This document shows, piece after piece, positions 22,970-33,255 of a stretch of DNA of 37,259 nt (the stretch's first letter is position 1; each line of letters starts with the position of its first letter). The notes under the pieces are model-generated. The model ran no database searches. It saw only the letters and a program-made list of their open reading frames with translations, and had not been told where the DNA came from. Source of the stretch: Spirochaetales bacterium (GTDB taxonomy: Bacteria > Spirochaetota > Spirochaetia > JABEVK01); contig JBAXAI010000036.1 in the NCBI GenBank assembly GCA_037142615.1, forward strand, positions 1 through 37,259, written 5' to 3'. The position numbers were made by a program, and so were the translations under genes.

Positions 22970-24322
22970 ATGCCGGTCAAACTTCTGCTTATCGGGGCGG
23001 GACTCCGCGGGAAGGACGCGTACGGCGCTTGGATCGCCAAGAATCCGCAGCGGGCCACCTTGTTGGGCGTTGCAGAGCCGGACCTAGCCCGATTGGCGGA
23101 GGTGTCGATCACCCACCGGATTCCTCCCGAAGGCCAGTTTCGCGACTGGAGGGAACTGCTGGCCGCGGGAATTAGGGCCGACGCCTGCTTGGTTTGCACC
23201 CAGGATGACCAGCATGTGGCCCCAGCTCTCATGGCTCTGGCGGCAGGCTACGACGTGCTCCTCGAGAAGCCTATGGCTCTGAACCCGGCAGACTGTCGGC
23301 GCTTGGTTGAAGCAGCAGAGTCGTCGGGCCGGCGTCTGAGGGTGTGCCATGTGTTGCGATACACCGAGTTCTTCGCCACCGTGAAGTCAACTCTCGACAG
23401 CGGAGTTCTGGGAAGAATAGTCCACATCAACCACAGTGAAAATGTTTCTTGGTATCACTTTGCCCACAGTTTTGTGCGGGGAAACTGGCGAAGCGAAGCC
23501 ACCTCGAGCCCCTTTGTTCTGGCAAAAACCTGCCACGACCTTGACCTGCTGTTCTGGCTGGCGGGCGAGGAACCGGAGTGGGTGCATTCCTTTGGGCAAC
23601 GCAGTTTCTTCCGCTCGGAAAACGCACCCACCGGCGCAACTCCACACTGCGGCGGTTGCCCCCACAGTTCCAACTGCCTGTGGTACGCGCCCAAACTCTA
23701 TCGGCGCGGTGAAGATCTACTTTCCCTTCCCCAGCGGTCGCGGAACCCCCTGCTTAGGGCCGCTTCCCGCTTGGCCGTGGCTACGGTCAGGGCCCGAAGC
23801 CCAAACTACCAGTGGAAAGGCTGGCCGACGTCGGCAACAACCAATGACCTCACGCCGGCGGGGGTCGAGCGCGCGCTGGCAAGCGGACCGTACGGTCGGT
23901 GCGTGTTCGCGTGCGACAACGACGCGCCCGACCACCAGTTGGTGTCGCTGCAATTTCCCTCGGGTCTGACAGCGACCCTGACCGTGACCGGCTTGTCCGA
24001 TAAGGAAGGCCGGACTCTCCGCATTGAGGGCTCCGAGGCCACCCTGCACGGCAGCTTTGCTACGGCAGGCCAAGAACTGGAAGTGCATGAGCACCGAACC
24101 GGAAAGCGCCGAAAGGTGTTTCGAAGGGGCTTCCATATTGGCGACCACGGCGGCGGTGATGCGGGTTTGATGGACGATTTCATCGCCAGTTACGATGCTT
24201 CCCGTTCCGGCCTTCCGGAGCTCGCGTCGGGACGAGCCTCATTGACAAGTCACTTGATGGCCTTTGCGGCCGACCGATCCCGGAAAGAGAACCGGGTAGT
24301 TTCCCTCAAGGAGTTCCTATGA
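22970..24322 (+). CDS. Gfo/Idh/MocA family oxidoreductase
   Basis: IGAGLRG, LLEKP, CHVLRY, HSFVRGNW, KTCHDLD, GRCVFACDND and HGGGD. Start at ATG 22970, 6 nt after TATCAT. Confidence 0.92.
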   Translation: MPVKLLLIGAGLRGKDAYGAWIAKNPQRATLLGVAEPDLARLAEVSITHRIPPEGQFRDWRELLAAGIRADACLVCTQDDQHVAPALMALAAGYDVLLEKPMALNPADCRRLVEAAESSGRRLRVCHVLRYTEFFATVKSTLDSGVLGRIVHINHSENVSWYHFAHSFVRGNWRSEATSSPFVLAKTCHDLDLLFWLAGEEPEWVHSFGQRSFFRSENAPTGATPHCGGCPHSSNCLWYAPKLYRRGEDLLSLPQRSRNPLLRAASRLAVATVRARSPNYQWKGWPTSATTNDLTPAGVERALASGPYGRCVFACDNDAPDHQLVSLQFPSGLTATLTVTGLSDKEGRTLRIEGSEATLHGSFATAGQELEVHEHRTGKRRKVFRRGFHIGDHGGGDAGLMDDFIASYDASRSGLPELASGRASLTSHLMAFAADRSRKENRVVSLKEFL

Positions 24323-25602
24323 CCAGAGCCCAACGAAACCTCACCCTGCTCATCATTGCCCTGATGATGCTGGTGCTCAACACCGAAGGAAGCGTCATGT
24401 CGCCCAAGCTGGCCACCATCGAAGCGGAGTTCGGCGTCACTGACTCGCAGATCGGCCTCATGATGGGGTTGTTTACCATCATCGGCGCCGTAGTTTCTCT
24501 GTTCTGGGGCTACTTTGCCGACAAGACCAGCCGCAAGTTCCTGTTCCTGCTGGCCATTTTGATTGGCGAGATCCCTTGTGCGCTGACGGCCTTTGCCACC
24601 GACTACTCGGTGTTCTTCGCGCTTCGTATTCTCGCGGGCATAGGCCTCGGCGCGGCGTTTCCGCTCGTGTTTGCCATCATCGGCGATGTGTTTGACGAAA
24701 AGCAGCGACCCTGGGCCAGCGGCATGATCTCGGTGGCTATCGCGGTGGGCACCATCGCGGGCGGGCTCATCGGTGGCTTCGTTGGTGGCGAGCACGAATG
24801 GCGCCTGCCGTTCCTGATCGCGTCGGTGCCAAACTTCGTGTTCGTGGCGCTGTTCTGGTTCTTTACCCCCGAAACCAAGACGGCCGCCAGCGAAGAAGCC
24901 ACCGCCGAACTGGTCGCGTCGGGCTATGTGTACCCCAAGACCATCAAGCTTGCCGACTACGCCGGGCTATTCAATACCAAGACCAACCTGTACCTGCTGC
25001 TGCAGGGAATCGCAGGCACCATCCCGTGGGGCTCCTTCTTTTTCATCAACAAGTACCTCAACGAGAACAAGGGCCTGAGCGTGGGCGACGCCACCATCGT
25101 CTACCTCGTTTTCGGGCTGGGCATGGTGCTGGGCAACGTGTTCGGCGGGCAAATCGGTGGCGCCCTGTTCCGCAAGGACCCCAAGCTCGTGCCCATTTTT
25201 TGCGGGGTGACCACGTTGCTGGGCGCCGCAGCCGTCATCTATGTGGTGCTGTGGGCGCCGGCAAACCTGATTCTCTTGTCGATACTGGGTTTTGGTGCCG
25301 CCTGCCTGGCCGCGATGACCGGGCCGAACGCGAAGACGATGTTGCTCGACACAAACCCACCCGAACACCGAGGAGCGATTTTCTCGATCTTCAACATCAC
25401 CGACTCACTCGGAACCGGCTTTGGACGCTTCGTGGCCGGGATGCTTTCGGGGGCCTTTGGCCTGGCGATGGCCTTGGCCTTGTGCTCACTGATGTGGGTG
25501 TTTTGCACGGTGTTCCTCATTCTGGCTGCTGTGCCCTTCGTGAAGGACATCGCGACCCTGAAGACCCGTTTGCAGGCAGTGGCGCAGGAAATGCGGGGTT
25601 AG
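24319..25602 (+). CDS. MFS transporter
   Basis: 427 aa, about 12 TM, motif A (WGYFADKTSRK) and RILAGIGLG. ATGA-coupled to the oxidoreductase. Confidence 0.92.
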   Translation: MTRAQRNLTLLIIALMMLVLNTEGSVMSPKLATIEAEFGVTDSQIGLMMGLFTIIGAVVSLFWGYFADKTSRKFLFLLAILIGEIPCALTAFATDYSVFFALRILAGIGLGAAFPLVFAIIGDVFDEKQRPWASGMISVAIAVGTIAGGLIGGFVGGEHEWRLPFLIASVPNFVFVALFWFFTPETKTAASEEATAELVASGYVYPKTIKLADYAGLFNTKTNLYLLLQGIAGTIPWGSFFFINKYLNENKGLSVGDATIVYLVFGLGMVLGNVFGGQIGGALFRKDPKLVPIFCGVTTLLGAAAVIYVVLWAPANLILLSILGFGAACLAAMTGPNAKTMLLDTNPPEHRGAIFSIFNITDSLGTGFGRFVAGMLSGAFGLAMALALCSLMWVFCTVFLILAAVPFVKDIATLKTRLQAVAQEMRG

Positions 25603-25609
25603 GCAGCCC

Positions 25610-28219
25610 TCAGGAGCCTGTTGAAGCGTGGCGGGGGAGGCGGATCGTGAAGGTGGTTCCGGTGCCCAGCTTGGAGGCCACCTGAATTGTCCCGCCGTGG
25701 TCTTCGATGATGCCCACCGAGATCGACAGGCCCAACCCCGTGCCCTTGCCCACGTCTTTGGTGGTGAAGAACGGCTCGAAAATACGCTTCTGATTCTCCT
25801 CCGAGATCCCCTGCCCGTTGTCGGTCACCGAAACCCACACCGAATGTTGGTCCGACCAACTTCGTACCGTGATTACCCCGGTGTCGGGGATAGCGTCGGC
25901 GGCGTTGGTGAGCAAGTTGATAAAGACTTGCTCCAGCTTCCCCGCCTGGGCCAGCAGGTTCGGCACGGGCTCGAGGGTCGTTTCGACGCGGCAATGGTAC
26001 TTCAACTTGTTGTTGACGACCTTGAGCGCTTCCTTGAGCACGTCGTTCAGGTTGCACGGTGCGGGGGCGCCGCTGTCGGCGTGGGCGAACGAACTCAGGC
26101 CCTTGACGATGTCTCGAATGCGCACCGCTCCTTTTTCCGCGTCCGAAAGGATCAGCCCGGTGTCTTTCAGGACAAACGCAAGGTCGTCACTGGCCAAGGC
26201 TTGGTCCCACCCCCGCACCGCAGCGCTCACTGCTTTCGGGTCGGCTGGACCACGATCTGTTCTTGACGCCTTCACCGCCACGCCTCCAGCGGTGACGAGC
26301 GACTGCATGTAACGAAAGTACTCCGACAGCGTGCGCACGTTCGACAGGATGTACCCCGTCGGGTTGTTGATTTCGTGGGCGATGCCCGCAGCCAGTCGAC
26401 CCAGCGAGGCCATCTTCTCTTGCTGGACGAGGGAACCCTTGGTCAGCTGGACGACTTCGAGCGCTTCTGAAAGTTCGGCAGTCCGTTCCTGCACCCGCTC
26501 TTCCAGGCTCTCATTCAGCTTCTGGAGCCGCTCTTCGTATTCGAGTCGAGCCTGCTCGGCGGCACGCCGCTCGGTGACGTCGATAAAAGTGACAACAACC
26601 CCGGTGATCTTGCCGTGCTCAAGTTGAGGGTAAGACCAGTACTCGGCGGGCAAAAGCGAGCCATCGGCTTTCCAAAACACCTCGTTTTCGACGTGCGAGG
26701 GCAGGCCGGCCAGGATGGCCCGGTGAATCTGGCATTCTTCCAACGGGAGGGGCTGGCCGTCTTCGCGGTGGTGGTGAATCAGCTCGTGCATGGAGCACCC
26801 AATGAGCATTTCGGGATCCTTGTAGCCCAGCATTCGGGCGCAAGCCGGGTTGGCAAAGGTACACAGACCGTCGAGATCGAGGCCGTAGATGGCTTCTCCG
26901 GTGGAATCGAGGAGCAGCTTGACCTGCTCGGCGCTCCGGCGCAGTTCGGACTCGGCGTTGCGGGACTCGGTGACATCCCACTGAAGTCCGCTCACTTGGG
27001 TGACGGTGCCCTGTTCGTCGCTGACGGTCGTGGCGACCGCGCGCAGGATTTTCTGGGGCCCATAGGTCGGCACTACCCGGAACTCGGTATCAAACGTCAC
27101 TTCGCCCGCCACGGAATGAAGGAGCAGCGACTCGGCCGCCCCGCGATCCTGAGGATGGATGCTTTGGCGCCACCATTCGTAGGTTGGTTGTTCGGTTCTG
27201 TTCAAACCGAACAGCTCGAACATCCGGTCGTTCCACGCCATTTGGTCGGTGGCCAAGTCCCAGGTCCAGATGCCCAAACGACCGGCTTTGGCCGCCAGTT
27301 CGGTGCGCACCACCGTGCTTTGCAGTTCGACTTCCACCCTCCGGCGCTCGGCTACCTCGGCCGAGGTCTTGAGCAGGAGTTGCACGACGAAAGCAACCAG
27401 GATCGACACGAGGAAACCGAACAGCGCGGCCAAAGCGGGGAGCGCGGTGAGTTGGCTTTCTACGTACGAGGGCGTGGGCCGTACGACGATCCGAAGGGTG
27501 TGATAGAGAAGCTGGGTCTGCGAACTCACCTCGGGAAGATTGGCAGCGGGAGGGCTAGGAGCGGTCCAGTCCCCGGTTTGGTACACCGACTGGTTTTCGA
27601 GGAGCACCTGGATCTGGAAATCTTCCTTCAACGCGCGCAGCCGCTTGGTGGCGAACACGTAGTCGAACCACTTTTCCAGCCGGAACACGGCGAGGACAGA
27701 CCCCTGAAAGCTGCCACCGGCGTAGACCGGGAAAAAGACGAGCACGCCTTTTCCGCCCTGAACCAGCTCCACGGGGGGCGTCAGGGTTGGTTCGTGGCTG
27801 GCTCGGGCCGCGGCGAGGGCCGAGCGGCGGATTTCCTCAAAGCTCAGGTTGAGACCCTGCGCCTTCTCATTCCCTTCCAGCGGCACCACGAGCCGAATGA
27901 CCGAGTCCCTATCGACCCATTCCAGGGCCTGAAAGCCGGGAGAATCCGAGAAGTACGATTGGGCGTCGCGGAGGAAGTCAGACGCCGCAAGTTCGGTCGT
28001 TCCCGGGGGTATCTGGGCGAGGCGCTGCAGAGCCGGCACGCGGTTTCGGAGGTCGGCTTCGGTTTGATCGGCGAGGTACTGGGCTTCCGAAGAGACGTGT
28101 GACAACAGAGTATCGTGCTCACGGTTCATCATGGTGACCCACAGGATGAGGACAAGTGAGGCGAGCAACAAACCAACGAGGAGGGGAAGGCCCTTGCGCC
28201 CAGCAGTAGCAATCTTCAT
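25610..28219 (-). CDS. Membrane sensor histidine kinase (CHASE-like, 2 PAS, HisKA, HATPase)
   Basis: TM, CHASE-like segment (TPPVELVQGGKG..FFPVY), TM, two PAS, AGIAHEINNP, NLLTNAADA, DNGQG and FFTTKDVGKGTGLGL. Start at ATG 28219 is likely but uncertain. Confidence 0.92.
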   Translation of the reverse strand: MKIATAGRKGLPLLVGLLLASLVLILWVTMMNREHDTLLSHVSSEAQYLADQTEADLRNRVPALQRLAQIPPGTTELAASDFLRDAQSYFSDSPGFQALEWVDRDSVIRLVVPLEGNEKAQGLNLSFEEIRRSALAAARASHEPTLTPPVELVQGGKGVLVFFPVYAGGSFQGSVLAVFRLEKWFDYVFATKRLRALKEDFQIQVLLENQSVYQTGDWTAPSPPAANLPEVSSQTQLLYHTLRIVVRPTPSYVESQLTALPALAALFGFLVSILVAFVVQLLLKTSAEVAERRRVEVELQSTVVRTELAAKAGRLGIWTWDLATDQMAWNDRMFELFGLNRTEQPTYEWWRQSIHPQDRGAAESLLLHSVAGEVTFDTEFRVVPTYGPQKILRAVATTVSDEQGTVTQVSGLQWDVTESRNAESELRRSAEQVKLLLDSTGEAIYGLDLDGLCTFANPACARMLGYKDPEMLIGCSMHELIHHHREDGQPLPLEECQIHRAILAGLPSHVENEVFWKADGSLLPAEYWSYPQLEHGKITGVVVTFIDVTERRAAEQARLEYEERLQKLNESLEERVQERTAELSEALEVVQLTKGSLVQQEKMASLGRLAAGIAHEINNPTGYILSNVRTLSEYFRYMQSLVTAGGVAVKASRTDRGPADPKAVSAAVRGWDQALASDDLAFVLKDTGLILSDAEKGAVRIRDIVKGLSSFAHADSGAPAPCNLNDVLKEALKVVNNKLKYHCRVETTLEPVPNLLAQAGKLEQVFINLLTNAADAIPDTGVITVRSWSDQHSVWVSVTDNGQGISEENQKRIFEPFFTTKDVGKGTGLGLSISVGIIEDHGGTIQVASKLGTGTTFTIRLPRHASTGS

Positions 28220-28358
28220 GGTGTACCTGGGAATTGCCAGCAAGCGCCGTGCCAGACTCAGGGAGTCGATTCCGGGCCTTTCTGTGCAGTTTACTTCACA
28301 CTGTGCCTCAGGGTTGCACACTCTGGCGGCGACACCAGCGAACGGCTAGACTGGAGTC

Positions 28359-30440
28359 ATGGTTCCCCTCCAGCAAGATTCTTCCCCCAGCCGTCTCGGT
28401 TTGGTCCGGCTTCCCGGGCACAGAGACCGGTTTGCCCTGACCGACAACCTCACCGGCTGGTTCGAAGGGTTCACTCACGGACCGACCCTCGGCGGCGGCT
28501 ACATGGTGCGTGACGAGTTTGTCTTCGAAGGCTGGGCCAGCGAAGTGAACGGCCGTCCGGTGGACCGGGAGTTCAAAGCCCTCAGCGACACGGTCTTTCC
28601 CTGGGGCCAGCGGATCGACTATCCGGGCCTTTGTGAAGAGCTTTTGTTGCACTCCGGGCGCCGCATCCTCTCGTTGCGCGTAACAACCGAACTCGCGGCC
28701 ACGATCCACATCGTGCCGTTTTGGCTTGATCCTTTCCCGAAGAGCCTTAAACGTGGCACCGTGGTCCGCCGTACCGCGAACTCGCTCACACTCCACTTGA
28801 TTTTTGGCGAAACTGACGCCGAGTTCCGCGCCAACCAGGACGTGGCCCGCAAAGCGGACCTGTGGGAGGCCGAGGTAGCGCGCCGCGTGGCGACTTTGAC
28901 CGACACGTGGATACGCACCGGCGACAACGCCTTTGACCTCGCGCTGTTTTGGGCCCAAGCCTCGGCCCGCAGCTTTGTGACCACCGAGTTCGGCACCGGC
29001 CTCTGGGCGGGTTTGCCGTGGTTTAAGGACAACTGGGGCCGAGACACCTTCATCTCGCTGCCGGGCACTCTCTTGGTGACAGGTCAGTTTGCCCAGGCGC
29101 GCGCGGTGCTCGAGAACTTCGCGCGCTATCAAAACCTCGACCCGGCAGACCCCAACTACGGCCGCATTCCCAACCGCGTCAACCGCAGCGAGGTGCTGTA
29201 CAACACCGTCGACGGCACGCCCTGGATGATCCGCGAGGTGCTCGAATACGCGCGCGTCAGTGGTGACCTCGCGTTTGCTCTGGCCCAAAGGCCAATGATC
29301 CGCCGCTATGTCGATGGGGCGCTGCGGTACTTTGTGGATGACGAGGGCCTTTTGTGCCACGACGACGCCGACACTTGGATGGACGCCCGGATCGCCGGGG
29401 CCACGCCTTGGAGCCCTCGAGGAAACCGCGCGGTCGAGATTCAAGTGCTGTGGATCACGGCGCTCGACGTGGGCGCCGAGCTCGCACGGCACGACCACGA
29501 CACCGAGGAGTCCTTCTTCCAGGGGGCAGCCGAACGCGCCCGCACAGCCTTCGTTCGGCTCTTTGTCCACGGTGAGGGGTCGTCTGCCTCCTTGTGGGAC
29601 CGAATCGACGCGACCGGTATCCCTGACCCTCGCCTGCGGCCCAACGCGCTGATGGCGGTCAGCATTCCCCTGCGGCCTTTGCTGACCGCCGAAGTTCGTG
29701 ACGCGCTGGTGCGGTCGTCGGTCGAAGCCCTGTTGTTGCCTTACGGGGTGCTGTCGCTGGGGTCCGACGACGCGGACTTTCACCCCCGCCACGAGAACCC
29801 CGTGTATTGGCACAAGGACGCCGCCTACCACAATGGCACTGTCTGGGGCTGGAACGCCGGCTTTGTCGTGGCCGCTTTGTCGGCGTGCGGCTGGCCCAAC
29901 CTGGCCTGGAAGCTGACTCAGAACCTGGCCGACCAGATTCTGCAGCTGGGCACGCTCGGAACGATGAGCGAGCTGCTCGACGCCCAACCCGATGCCAACG
30001 GGCGCTTGGTGCCCACGGGAACCTTTTCGCAGGCCTGGAGTGTGGCCGAGTTTGTCCGCAGCGCTTGGCAAGATACTCTGGGCCTCAAGCCGGACTTACT
30101 TCGTGGTGTTCTGGAGGTGGTGCCTCACTTGCCGTCGGCTTGGACCAAAGTCAGCGCGCGCACCCGCTTCGGCGAGCGCTGTCTGGACCTGACGGTTGTG
30201 CAGGAGCCCCTCGAGGGCCGACAAGGTGCGCTCAAACAAGTGTGGACCCTAACAGGCGCTCCGGACTTTCCTCCGGTGGAGCTCGACGGCCGAATCTACC
30301 CGTGGACCTCGGCGATTCTGACTCTCGAGCGTGTGGTCGAAGTCGCCCAAAACGAGCCCGAGTTCGCGACGCTTGCTGAGGGAGCCGTCTACGCGGTTCT
30401 AGCGGCGGGCGATGTCCTTTTGCGCCATCGTTCCAGTTGA
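28359..30440 (+). CDS. Amylo-alpha-1,6-glucosidase (glycogen debranching enzyme C-terminal family)
   Basis: WAGLPWFKDNWGRDTFISLPG, YNTVDGTPW, TWMDA, AVEIQ, RPNAL, YHNGTVW and QAWSVAE. Confidence 0.92.
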   Translation: MVPLQQDSSPSRLGLVRLPGHRDRFALTDNLTGWFEGFTHGPTLGGGYMVRDEFVFEGWASEVNGRPVDREFKALSDTVFPWGQRIDYPGLCEELLLHSGRRILSLRVTTELAATIHIVPFWLDPFPKSLKRGTVVRRTANSLTLHLIFGETDAEFRANQDVARKADLWEAEVARRVATLTDTWIRTGDNAFDLALFWAQASARSFVTTEFGTGLWAGLPWFKDNWGRDTFISLPGTLLVTGQFAQARAVLENFARYQNLDPADPNYGRIPNRVNRSEVLYNTVDGTPWMIREVLEYARVSGDLAFALAQRPMIRRYVDGALRYFVDDEGLLCHDDADTWMDARIAGATPWSPRGNRAVEIQVLWITALDVGAELARHDHDTEESFFQGAAERARTAFVRLFVHGEGSSASLWDRIDATGIPDPRLRPNALMAVSIPLRPLLTAEVRDALVRSSVEALLLPYGVLSLGSDDADFHPRHENPVYWHKDAAYHNGTVWGWNAGFVVAALSACGWPNLAWKLTQNLADQILQLGTLGTMSELLDAQPDANGRLVPTGTFSQAWSVAEFVRSAWQDTLGLKPDLLRGVLEVVPHLPSAWTKVSARTRFGERCLDLTVVQEPLEGRQGALKQVWTLTGAPDFPPVELDGRIYPWTSAILTLERVVEVAQNEPEFATLAEGAVYAVLAAGDVLLRHRSS

Positions 30441-30465
30441 CGGATCTGGTGCCCGGGCTTATTCT
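30437..30465 (+). promoter_or_regulatory. Sigma70-type promoter of the pullulanase operon
   Basis: TTGACG (30437-42), 17 bp, TATTCT (30460-65). GGAGG SD at 30510-14. Confidence 0.7.
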
Positions 30466-30474
30466 CTTGGGGAT

Positions 30475-30490
30475 ACTAAACCGGTTCAGT
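30475..30490. promoter_or_regulatory. LacI-family operator
   Basis: ACTAAACCGGTTCAGT is a 14/16 palindrome centred on CG, just downstream of the predicted TSS. Confidence 0.65.
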
Positions 30491-30518
30491 CCGTGGTTTC
30501 ACTTTAGCTGGAGGTCGT

Positions 30519-33254
30519 ATGTTCCGTTCACTTGCCGCTCTTTTCGTCTGTTTGTTGGTTCCCGCGCTATGGGCTGAGCCCGAAATGGCGCCCGGCACGA
30601 TTGAAAACCTGTCCAACCCTCTGATGGACAAAATTCTCGCCGCGCACGACGACCTGAAGGCCGGTCCTGACGATATCGTGTTGTACTACTATCGGGAAGA
30701 TCGAAAATACGACCAGTGGGGTTTCTGGACCTGGGCGACTCCCGGTGGCGATGGCGGAGCCGCGTGGGACCGCACTCAGCACCTGAAGGTGAGTAACGGC
30801 GTCGGCTACCTCAAGTTCAAAAAAGACGGCAGCGACATCGGCATCGGGCTCATGGGCACCGCCGGCACAGGGCTGATTCCCCGCCGGATCGACGGCTGGA
30901 CCAAGGACGGCAACGACGACCGCTTCTTCAACACCGTAGTCACTAACGAGTGGGTGGTGTTCTCGGGCGACCAAAAGACCTACCCCTACGGCGCGTACCG
31001 GCCGAGCATCGACGGTGCCAGACTACTCAAGACCGACACGATTCAGATCGACCTTTCCGGTCGCCAGGCGCTCACTGTAGAACCGAGCGCCAACAATTTC
31101 GTCGTCGGTACGCCCGACGGCGCGATCACCTACCGCATCAAAGACATGTTCAACACTTCGAGTGCTGCCAACCGCGACAAGAACTTCACCAAGCGGATCA
31201 CCATCGTCCTCGAAAAAGGCATCGATCTGAGCCAGGCGGTAACCGTTTCGAACCCGGCGTACCAGCTTCCGGTCCGAGTTAGCGCGCAGGCCGTGTCGAT
31301 CGTCGAGGCCGAGAAGACGGTGCCCGCCGCTGACTATCAACTCGGTGCCGTGTATCAGGCCGCGACGCACGCAGTGGAGTTCCGCCTTTGGGCGCCGCTT
31401 TCGACGGCGGTGACAGCTCGCCTGTATAAGGCCAACGAAGCCAAAAAGGCCGACTACCAGGTCGAGCTCAAGCTTGACCCGAAATCGGGCGTGTGGAGTG
31501 GCGCGTTCTCTTCGGTCGATCCCGATGGGCTCTTCTACGACTACGATGTCGCCGCCGGCTCGGTGCACAAAACCGTTCTCGACCCCTACGCGCAGTCACT
31601 CGACGTGTACCGTGGCACTGGCAACGGACGCGGCGCCATCCTCAACCCCGCCAAGACCGAACCAACTGGTGGCTGGGAAGGCGCTACCGACGTGAAGCTG
31701 GCCGCCCGAACCGACGCCGTGATCTACGAGGTCTCGGTGCGCGACCTGACCTCGGGCCTCGACTCGGGCGTCAAGGCCCGCCCAGGTTCCTACCTTGCGT
31801 TCATCGAAAAGCTGCCCTACCTGAAGTCGCTGGGCGTCACCCACCTGCAGCTGATGCCGGTGGTTGCCTACGCGTGGCACGACGAAACCAAGACCGCCTA
31901 CGAGGCCAACGGTGTGTCCGAAGGTGCCAACTACAACTGGGGCTATGGCCCCCGCAACTGGTTCTCGCCCGAAGGCTGGCTGGCCAGCAATCCTGCTGAT
32001 CCTTACAACCGCGTGGTCGAGCTCAAAACTCTCATCAAGGAAGCTCACAAGGCCGGGCTGGGCGTGTTGCTCGACGTGGTGTACAACCACAACGCAAATA
32101 CCAGTCTGCTCGACGACATCGTTCCCGGCTACTACTACCGCCAGGACGCCGAAGGCAAGTTCACGAGTAATTCCGGCGTGGGCAACGACATCGCCAGCGA
32201 CCGCATCATGGCCAGGCGACTCATCAACGACTCGCTCTACAACTGGGTGAAAGAGTACAAGATCGACGGCTTCCGGTTCGACCTGATGGGCCTGATGGAC
32301 GTCGACACCATTTTGCAGTCCCGCGCCCGCGCCGCGACCTTGCCCGACAAGGCCGACGTGCTGTTCGAAGGTGAAGGCTGGAAGAACTACAGCGGACCCA
32401 AGACGGTGAAGGTGATGAGCCAGGACTACATGGCCAAGACCGACCAGGTTTCGGTGTTCAACGACGAGTTCCGCGACCTGCTCAAGGGCGGTGGCATGGA
32501 CGACCGGGCCAAGGGCTTCCTCACGGGGAAGACGGTGGCCAGCAAGCTTCTGCTGAGCAACCTCCTCGGCTCGCCGCAACTGAATTACAAGACTCCCTAC
32601 CCCGGCAACAACATGAACTATATCGAGGCCCACGACAACTTGACGTTGCACGACAACATCTCGCTCAACACCGGGCTCAAGGACTCGGACCCCACCCAGC
32701 GGGCCGAGCTCGCGGCGCGAATCCGCCTGGGCAACTTCCTGGTGTTGACCAGCCAAGGTATCGCCTTCCTTCACTCCGGACAGGAAAGCGGCCGCACCAA
32801 GCCCAAGCTGAACGGTACCTCGAAGATCCTGGGCGACTTCAACCACGACAGCTACAACGCTGGTGACGATGTGAATGCCTACGTGTGGAAGAAACTGCCC
32901 GAGTACCAAAACACCACGGACTTTACCGCCGGGATGATTGGCATCCGAAATGCCATCACCGCGTTCCGGCTCGGCGACGCCAAAACGATAACGGCCGCCG
33001 CCAAGCCTATCGAGGTCGCCGACACCTTCATGATCGGCTGGAGCCTCAAGTCCAAGGAGGGCACCTTCACCATGCTCGTCAACAGTTCAACGAACCCGCG
33101 CACGTTCACGACTCCGACTTCGCTGGCGGGTGGAACCGTCCTGGTGGACCACGACCGGGCTTCGGTGGCGGGTCTCAAGGATCCCAAGGGGCTGACGATC
33201 AAGGGCAATACGGTGACTCTGGACCCGCTCACTGCGGTGATGGTCAGAAACTAG
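30519..33254 (+). CDS. pulA: Secreted pullulanase (GH13) with an N-terminal CBM41-like module
   Basis: Signal peptide; FRLWAP, DPYA, IYEVSVRD, YNWGY, DVVYNH, DGFRFDLMG, EGW and YIEAHDNLTL. Confidence 0.92.
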   Translation: MFRSLAALFVCLLVPALWAEPEMAPGTIENLSNPLMDKILAAHDDLKAGPDDIVLYYYREDRKYDQWGFWTWATPGGDGGAAWDRTQHLKVSNGVGYLKFKKDGSDIGIGLMGTAGTGLIPRRIDGWTKDGNDDRFFNTVVTNEWVVFSGDQKTYPYGAYRPSIDGARLLKTDTIQIDLSGRQALTVEPSANNFVVGTPDGAITYRIKDMFNTSSAANRDKNFTKRITIVLEKGIDLSQAVTVSNPAYQLPVRVSAQAVSIVEAEKTVPAADYQLGAVYQAATHAVEFRLWAPLSTAVTARLYKANEAKKADYQVELKLDPKSGVWSGAFSSVDPDGLFYDYDVAAGSVHKTVLDPYAQSLDVYRGTGNGRGAILNPAKTEPTGGWEGATDVKLAARTDAVIYEVSVRDLTSGLDSGVKARPGSYLAFIEKLPYLKSLGVTHLQLMPVVAYAWHDETKTAYEANGVSEGANYNWGYGPRNWFSPEGWLASNPADPYNRVVELKTLIKEAHKAGLGVLLDVVYNHNANTSLLDDIVPGYYYRQDAEGKFTSNSGVGNDIASDRIMARRLINDSLYNWVKEYKIDGFRFDLMGLMDVDTILQSRARAATLPDKADVLFEGEGWKNYSGPKTVKVMSQDYMAKTDQVSVFNDEFRDLLKGGGMDDRAKGFLTGKTVASKLLLSNLLGSPQLNYKTPYPGNNMNYIEAHDNLTLHDNISLNTGLKDSDPTQRAELAARIRLGNFLVLTSQGIAFLHSGQESGRTKPKLNGTSKILGDFNHDSYNAGDDVNAYVWKKLPEYQNTTDFTAGMIGIRNAITAFRLGDAKTITAAAKPIEVADTFMIGWSLKSKEGTFTMLVNSSTNPRTFTTPTSLAGGTVLVDHDRASVAGLKDPKGLTIKGNTVTLDPLTAVMVRN

Positions 33255-33255
33255 C

